Shown here: positions 58,649 to 64,000 of the stretch, piece by piece
Position numbering within the stretch: the stretch's first letter is position 1
Layout of the letters: each line of letters begins with the position of its first letter
Assembly: GCA_045803545.1 (NCBI GenBank)
Contig: JBJMOW010000004.1
Span: forward strand, 1,056,001-1,120,000
Source of the DNA: Gemmatimonadaceae bacterium
GTDB taxonomy: Bacteria > Gemmatimonadota > Gemmatimonadetes > Gemmatimonadales > Gemmatimonadaceae
Direction of reading: 5' to 3'
DNA: 64,000 nucleotides
Position numbers and translations under genes: made by a program
The notes under the pieces: generated by a model
Told to the model about the DNA's origin: nothing
Databases searched by the model: none
What the model saw: the letters and a program-made list of their open reading frames with translations, nothing else

Positions 58649-59833
58649 GTGAGTCGACATTTATTTGTCACTCAGGATTACGGCCCCGATCTCGGTGGAA
58701 TGGCGCGTCGGCACGTGGAGTTGTGCCGACGGTTTGGCGACGGCGAAGACACTGTGATGAGCGTATCCACAGTTGCGTCGCCCGGCGCCGATGCGTTCGA
58801 CCAGCACGAGGGTTACCGGATATTCCGGCAACCGTTTCCTTTTCAGCGCGCCAACCGCTTCTCGAATCAGCTGCGGTGGGCGCGATGGCTGACGTCCAAT
58901 CGCGCGACAAACGTCGACGTGCTGCACTGCGGCAACATTCGCCCCGTCGGTTACGGTGTCCGCTGGGCCAATCGGCGACTGGGTCTGCCGTACCTTGTCT
59001 ATGTGAACGGCGGAGATCTGTTGCGTGAGCGCAGGAAGGCGGAGCGCAGTGCGGTCAAGCGCATGTCCGCGCGCTCGATCATGGGCAACGCGTCGGGAGT
59101 GGTCGCGACATCGAAATGGGTCGCTCAGCTCGCGACCGATGTGATGCACGAGGTCGGCGTTGAGAAATTGCCGCCGGTTGCCGCACTCGATCTCGGCACC
59201 GATCCTGTCCACTTCAATCCATCGCGCGATACCGGAGCGCTCCGTCGACGTTGGGGTGTTGGGGATGCGCCTATTATGCTGACGGTCGCGCGCCTGGTTC
59301 CGCACAAGGGTCAGGATATGGGAATCAGGGCACTCGCGATGTTGGCGCGCGACTTCCCCCAGCTTCGCTACATAATGGTAGGGGAGGGACACGACGAGCA
59401 GCGCCTGCGCGCCCTGGCCCGCGAGCTGGGCGTGAGCGATAAAATCGGGTTCGTGGGACCTATGCGCGACGACGAATTGCCGGAGGCATATGCGACTTCG
59501 ACGATCTATCTCGGCGCTTCTCGCGTAGACCGTGACATCAACGTGGAAGGCTTCGGCATTTCGTTTCTCGAGGCGGGAGCCTCGGGCATTCCGTCGGTTG
59601 CGGGCGACTCCGGGGGAGTACGTTCAGCGGTGCGAGACGGCGAGACCGGGATCGTCGTTCCGCCAACCGATCTCGATGCAATCGCCGACGCGATTCGCTC
59701 GCTCCTCGTGAACTCCGACCGACGGAAGCAGTTAGGCCAGGCCGCGCGGCGTGCGATCGAGACGCACTACAACTGGGATCGCGTTGCGCGCGACACTCGC
59801 GATTTCACGAGTCGCGTCGTGGGATCCGGGTGA
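58649..59833 (+). CDS. GT4 glycosyltransferase (PimB-like)
   Basis: GGM, TVARLVPHKG, EGFGISFLEA. Confidence 0.9.
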   Translation: MSRHLFVTQDYGPDLGGMARRHVELCRRFGDGEDTVMSVSTVASPGADAFDQHEGYRIFRQPFPFQRANRFSNQLRWARWLTSNRATNVDVLHCGNIRPVGYGVRWANRRLGLPYLVYVNGGDLLRERRKAERSAVKRMSARSIMGNASGVVATSKWVAQLATDVMHEVGVEKLPPVAALDLGTDPVHFNPSRDTGALRRRWGVGDAPIMLTVARLVPHKGQDMGIRALAMLARDFPQLRYIMVGEGHDEQRLRALARELGVSDKIGFVGPMRDDELPEAYATSTIYLGASRVDRDINVEGFGISFLEAGASGIPSVAGDSGGVRSAVRDGETGIVVPPTDLDAIADAIRSLLVNSDRRKQLGQAARRAIETHYNWDRVARDTRDFTSRVVGSG

Positions 59834-60771
59834 CGACCAAGGTCAGGAAAAAACCCACACTCGCCCACCGCGCCGAGTACTACGCAATGCGCGGCATTGT
59901 TGGCGTGCTGCGCACGATGAGCTGGGAGGCCGCGTGCAGGTTCGGTGAGCGGCTCGGCGTGCTGGGTTACCGGCCGCTCAACATCCGTAAGCGTGTAGTC
60001 GAGAAGCAAATCGCGGCCGCTTTTCCGAATCTCAATCGCGAGCAAGTGAAAGAGCTTGCCCGCCAATCTTACGCCCACTTAGGCCGCACTTTCGTCGAGT
60101 CGGCGCTGTTCGACACCATCGGTAAGGAGGGCGTGCTCGATATCGTCGACGAGGTTCACGGCTGGGAGCACATCGACAGACAGATCGCGCAAGGGCAGGG
60201 CATTGTATTTGTCACCGGACACCACGGAAATTGGGAGCTTGCCGGCGCCTATGTCGCGGCGCGCGACGTTCCGGTCGATGCGATTGCGCGCGGGATGGCG
60301 AACCCCCTGACCGACGACTACGTGACTCGGGTGCGGGAAGCGACGGGGATGGTGATCGTCCATGACGCTGACGCAGTTCGCCGCGCGCCGAGATCGCTGC
60401 GCGCCGGACGGGGCGTCGCGTTCATCGCCGACCAGGGGGTTTTGGGGCTCGCGTCGACGTTCGTTCCGTTCTTCGGACGGCCTGCAAAGACTCCTCGCGG
60501 TGCCGCGGTATTCGCCTTGCGATTCGAAGTGCCCGTAATTTTCATGGTCGCACTGCGAAAGCCCAGTGGAAAGTTTCGCGTCATCGTCGAGCGAATCGAG
60601 TCTAGGCGAACAGGCGACATGGATAAGGACGTGGACAGTATTGTAGCGGAGTTCACCAGGCGACTCGAGCACTGGGTGCGTGAGGAGCCGGCGCAGTATT
60701 TCTGGCAGCATCGCCGTTGGCGAAGACAGCCTCCCGACACACCGCCGGCGCTGCGAGATCCATCGGCCTGA
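59830..60771 (+). CDS. lpxL: Lipid A late acyltransferase (LpxL/HtrB family)
   Basis: HHGNWE, ADQ, VPFFGRPA, PAQYFWQHRRW. Confidence 0.88.
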   Translation: MTTKVRKKPTLAHRAEYYAMRGIVGVLRTMSWEAACRFGERLGVLGYRPLNIRKRVVEKQIAAAFPNLNREQVKELARQSYAHLGRTFVESALFDTIGKEGVLDIVDEVHGWEHIDRQIAQGQGIVFVTGHHGNWELAGAYVAARDVPVDAIARGMANPLTDDYVTRVREATGMVIVHDADAVRRAPRSLRAGRGVAFIADQGVLGLASTFVPFFGRPAKTPRGAAVFALRFEVPVIFMVALRKPSGKFRVIVERIESRRTGDMDKDVDSIVAEFTRRLEHWVREEPAQYFWQHRRWRRQPPDTPPALRDPSA

Positions 60772-60792
60772 GTAAGAGGAGCAACAGACTGG

Positions 60793-61692
60793 ATGCTCGA
60801 TCCAAAACAGCGGCACAGATTCTTTCACGATAATCGCGCGCGCGTTGGGATCGGCGTCGTCATCGTCATGGGGCTGGCCGCCATTCTTGCTCCGCTGATA
60901 GCCCGGCAAAGTCCGGTCACGATCGATCTGCTTCACATCCTGCAGCGCCCGAACGCGCAGCACTGGCTCGGAACCGACATTCAGGGCCGCGACATCTGGT
61001 CGCGACTGCTTTATGGCGCGAGAGTGTCACTGACGGTTGGCCTGATCTCGCAGGGGATCGCGCTGTTGCTCGGCGTGACCATGGGTCTGCTCGCCGGATT
61101 TTACGGCGGCTGGGTCGACGAGATCGTGATGCGTCTCGCCGACGTGACACTGGCGTTTCCGACGCTGCTGCTGCTGATCGCGATGGTCGCAGCGCTGCAG
61201 CCCTCGATGACCGTTGTTTTCGCGGTCATTGGATTCGTAGGCTGGGCAGGAATGGCGCGAATCGTTCGTGGTCAGGTGCTGGTGGTAAGACAGCTGGAGT
61301 ACGTGCAGGCGATCAGGGCGCTAGGCGCGGGTGATTTCCGGATCATGGCACAACACGTATTGCCGAACGTCATCGCGCCAGTGGTGATCGCGGCGACGCT
61401 CGGCGTTGCCGGAGCAATCATGGCTGAGGCAGCGCTGTCTTTTCTCGGACTTGGCGTGCCGCCGCCGGCGCCCAGCTGGGGTTCGATGATTGCTGACGGG
61501 CGCGATCTGGATCAACTTCGACGCGCGCCGTGGACGTCGGTTTTTCCGGGAATGGCGATCGGCGCCGCCGTTCTTGGTTTCAACTTGCTCGGCGACGCGC
61601 TGCGCGATGCGCTCGATCCGCGAGTTTACTATCGCGAGATCAAGGAGACTAAGGAGAAAGAGCAAACAACTCAGTCTGCCACCCAACCTTAA
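60793..61692 (+). CDS. dppC: Peptide ABC transporter permease (DppC/OppC type)
   Basis: HWLGTD..GRD, EAALSFLGLG, PSWG, NLLGDALRDALDP. Confidence 0.92.
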   Translation: MLDPKQRHRFFHDNRARVGIGVVIVMGLAAILAPLIARQSPVTIDLLHILQRPNAQHWLGTDIQGRDIWSRLLYGARVSLTVGLISQGIALLLGVTMGLLAGFYGGWVDEIVMRLADVTLAFPTLLLLIAMVAALQPSMTVVFAVIGFVGWAGMARIVRGQVLVVRQLEYVQAIRALGAGDFRIMAQHVLPNVIAPVVIAATLGVAGAIMAEAALSFLGLGVPPPAPSWGSMIADGRDLDQLRRAPWTSVFPGMAIGAAVLGFNLLGDALRDALDPRVYYREIKETKEKEQTTQSATQP

Positions 61693-61712
61693 TTGCCAAC
61701 CGGAGGATGATC

Positions 61713-62483
61713 ATGCTGCTCCAGGTCACGACGCAGGCACCTGTTCAGACTGTTCCGGTTCAAACGCAGGTCGTTCACCCCACGTTCACTGATACTCTAG
61801 TCGGGTCATTCCGCGACGCGTTCTCGATGATACTCGGCGCGATTCCACGAATTCTTGGCTTCATTGTCGTCGTTGCGATTGGCTGGTTCGTGTCGACGCT
61901 GCTTGCTCGCGCACTGCTCGGCTTGTTGCGCGCGATCCGTTTCGACGAACTGATGCAGCGATCCGGCATCGCTGACTTCATGAACAAAATGGCGACCGGC
62001 ACCGATTCGGCCGGAATCGTCGCCGCAGTTGTGAAGTGGATCATCCGGGTCGTCGTATTGCTGGTTGCGTTCGACGTGCTCGGCTTGCCGGCTGTGTCAG
62101 ATGTCATGCGCCAGTTGCTGCTGTGGCTGCCGAATCTGGTGGTGGCCGTCTTCGTACTTTTCATTGGCGGCATCGCGGCCCGTGCGATAGCCAATATCGT
62201 GCGCGGGGCGACGGCGGAAGCCGGCTTCGCGAATCCGGAGACGCTGGCAAACGTCGTTCGGACGACGGTGTGGGCGTTCGCGATCGTGGTCGCGATCAAT
62301 CAGCTCGGAATTGCGACCAATCTGATCAACACACTCTTCACCGGTTTCGTCGGTGCTCTCGCGCTAGCCTGTGGTCTCGCGTTCGGTCTCGGTGGCCGCG
62401 ATCTCGCCTCGCGCTCACTCGAGAATTGGTACGATCAAGCACAAGAGGTCAAACCGCGCCGCCGCAATCGAATAGACGAATAG
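61713..62483 (+). CDS. MscS-associated TM-helix repeat protein (CmpX-like)
   Basis: Repeated PRI/PNL..A helices, LAFGLGGRD. ATG spaced from GGAGG. Confidence 0.8.
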   Translation: MLLQVTTQAPVQTVPVQTQVVHPTFTDTLVGSFRDAFSMILGAIPRILGFIVVVAIGWFVSTLLARALLGLLRAIRFDELMQRSGIADFMNKMATGTDSAGIVAAVVKWIIRVVVLLVAFDVLGLPAVSDVMRQLLLWLPNLVVAVFVLFIGGIAARAIANIVRGATAEAGFANPETLANVVRTTVWAFAIVVAINQLGIATNLINTLFTGFVGALALACGLAFGLGGRDLASRSLENWYDQAQEVKPRRRNRIDE

Positions 62484-62631
62484 ACCGAGGCCCGAGGACT
62501 AAGTGCATCTATGATTGCTGACTAATTGCTGATCGAGGGCAACCGAGGAGACAAGCACTGAAAGTCCTTGGTTGTCTGCAATCCTCACTTAATCAGCAAT
62601 CATAGATGCCGTTAGTCCTCAGGCCTCGGTC
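62483..62631. repeat. 149-bp nested inverted-repeat element (MITE-like or structured RNA)
   Basis: 43-bp outer arms with 4 mismatches plus a 13-bp inner stem, located between convergent genes. Confidence 0.85.
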
Positions 62632-62652
62632 AAAAGCTCGAAGCTGCTCAGC

Positions 62653-63030
62653 TCAGCGCTCGAACGCCGTCGGATGCTTCGGTTGATATAGGCCGACATT
62701 CGCGCCACTCGGCAGCGCGAAAGTCGTCACGATTCCCCACGGTGGTTCGACGACGCGCGTGAAGTTCACCTTCTTGCCACGCAGCGATTTCATTGTCGCT
62801 TCGAGATCGTCGCACATCAGGTAAACCGCTGCCCCGGTGACGGCATCTTCAGAGTTCGGTGGGACGGTCGCATCGCCCGGATGAACCGCGATTTCGCCTG
62901 GCGGAAGCGCGAATATCATCCAGCCGCGGCCGACATCTACGGACGAAAGCTCCAGGATGTCCTTCAAAAACGCCCGGTCCGCATCAGCATTGGTGCTGTA
63001 TATCAGGAAATGCGCGCCGAAAATCGCCAT
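62653..63030 (-). CDS. VOC/glyoxalase family protein
   Basis: GWMIFALPP, YLMCDD, PWG, LYQPKHP. Confidence 0.88.
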   Translation of the reverse strand: MAIFGAHFLIYSTNADADRAFLKDILELSSVDVGRGWMIFALPPGEIAVHPGDATVPPNSEDAVTGAAVYLMCDDLEATMKSLRGKKVNFTRVVEPPWGIVTTFALPSGANVGLYQPKHPTAFER

Positions 63031-63050
63031 AGCCGTTCCTCTGATTCGAT

Positions 63051-64000
63051 TCAGGCTCGAATTAAACCGTAATCTCGTGCTCCTTTGCGCAGCAAGTGGT
63101 AGCCCCCGGCAAGCGGAGCGGAGGAGCTGAGAGTTGTGTCCGCATTGGCGCGCTGGCCATTGAGATAAACCCCGCCCTGCTCCAGGAGCCTTCTGGCAGC
63201 GCTCTTCGATGCGGCGAGACCAAGGACAACCAGCGCATCGATTACAGACGATGCCTGAGTCTCCGAGTACGGCACCTCGCGGCTCAGCGCTGTAAGCACC
63301 GGCTCCGAAAGACCCGTTGGCTCTGCCTTCCCAAACAGAACCTTCGATACGTCCTCGGCGACCCGTGCTGCATCGTCGCCGTGCACTCGCGCCGTGACAT
63401 CGCGCGCTAGAGCCTGCTGCGCCAATCGCTTTTCCGGCGCGGTCTCTATCGATCGCTCGAGCGACTCGATCTCATCGTGCGATAGCAGCGTGAACATGCG
63501 CAGGAATTTGCCGGCGTCGCGATCGTCGACGTTGATCCAGTACTGGTAGAACTTGTATGGGGATGTCCGCGATGGATCCAGCCACACCGCGCCGGCTTCC
63601 GTCTTGCCGAATTTCGTTCCGCTCGCCGTCGTCACCAGCGGCAGCGTGAGCGCATGCGCTGTCTTGCCCTCGACGCGGCGAATCAGCTCCATACCGGCGG
63701 TAATGTTACCCCACTGATCACTGCCGCCCATTTGCAGACTCACACCTTCGCGGCGGTTGAGCTCCAGATAATCGTAGGCCTGCAGGAGCATGTAGGAGAA
63801 TTCGGTGAAGGAGATCCCTCCCTCGATTCTCGACTGCACCGACTCCTTCGCCAGCATGTAGTTCACTGTGAAGTGCTTGCCAATATCGCGCATGAACTCG
63901 ACGGTCTTGAGCTGCGTCAGCCACGTTGCGTTATCGCGCATTCGCGCCGCGCGAGGTCCGCTGAAGTCGAGAAAGTGAGAGAGCTGTTTCTCGATGGCGC
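63051..64000 (-). CDS. tyrS: Tyrosyl-tRNA synthetase, 3' part (runs off window end)
   Basis: SFTEFSY..LQAYD, QMGGSDQWGNI, KFGKT, C-terminal S4 domain. Confidence 0.97.
   Translation of the reverse strand, partial: AIEKQLSHFLDFSGPRAARMRDNATWLTQLKTVEFMRDIGKHFTVNYMLAKESVQSRIEGGISFTEFSYMLLQAYDYLELNRREGVSLQMGGSDQWGNITAGMELIRRVEGKTAHALTLPLVTTASGTKFGKTEAGAVWLDPSRTSPYKFYQYWINVDDRDAGKFLRMFTLLSHDEIESLERSIETAPEKRLAQQALARDVTARVHGDDAARVAEDVSKVLFGKAEPTGLSEPVLTALSREVPYSETQASSVIDALVVLGLAASKSAARRLLEQGGVYLNGQRANADTTLSSSAPLAGGYHLLRKGARDYGLIRA

Overview
GC-rich bacterial chromosomal window. The gene content and order are suggestive of Gemmatimonadota, but this is an inference. I see no rRNA, tRNA, CRISPR array, integrase or transposase. 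The backbone is housekeeping: TamA/TamB, a minus-strand cluster (yebC-ruvC-ruvA ... ruvB ... queA ... tgt-yajC-def-fmt-tenI/thiE-thiS-thiG-rsmB-PASTA-rpe-tlpA-tsaD-lgt) interrupted by accessory genes, a PorX-like REC-PglZ gene heading an msbA/glycosyltransferase/lpxL operon, and a partial tyrS. The best candidate for an undescribed system is at the left end: a co-oriented unit of peptide ABC binding protein, permease, signal-less SxxK serine hydrolase, signal-less M15-like metallopeptidase and a Pup-ligase (PafA/Dop)-like carboxylate-amine ligase, with no Pup or proteasome genes in the window. Other notable items: dispersed heptamer repeats that invade coding sequences, three paralogous stand-alone TonB-plug-like lipoproteins, an unannotated 28-aa membrane peptide, two matching GacA-box-like sites flanking a UvrY/NarL-type two-component system, a pair of paralogous orphan lipoproteins, a 149-bp near-palindromic element, a single-base frameshift, and a leaderless-promoter signature. 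All family assignments come from motif recognition by eye. Many starts were moved from the ORF-track positions to more plausible ones.
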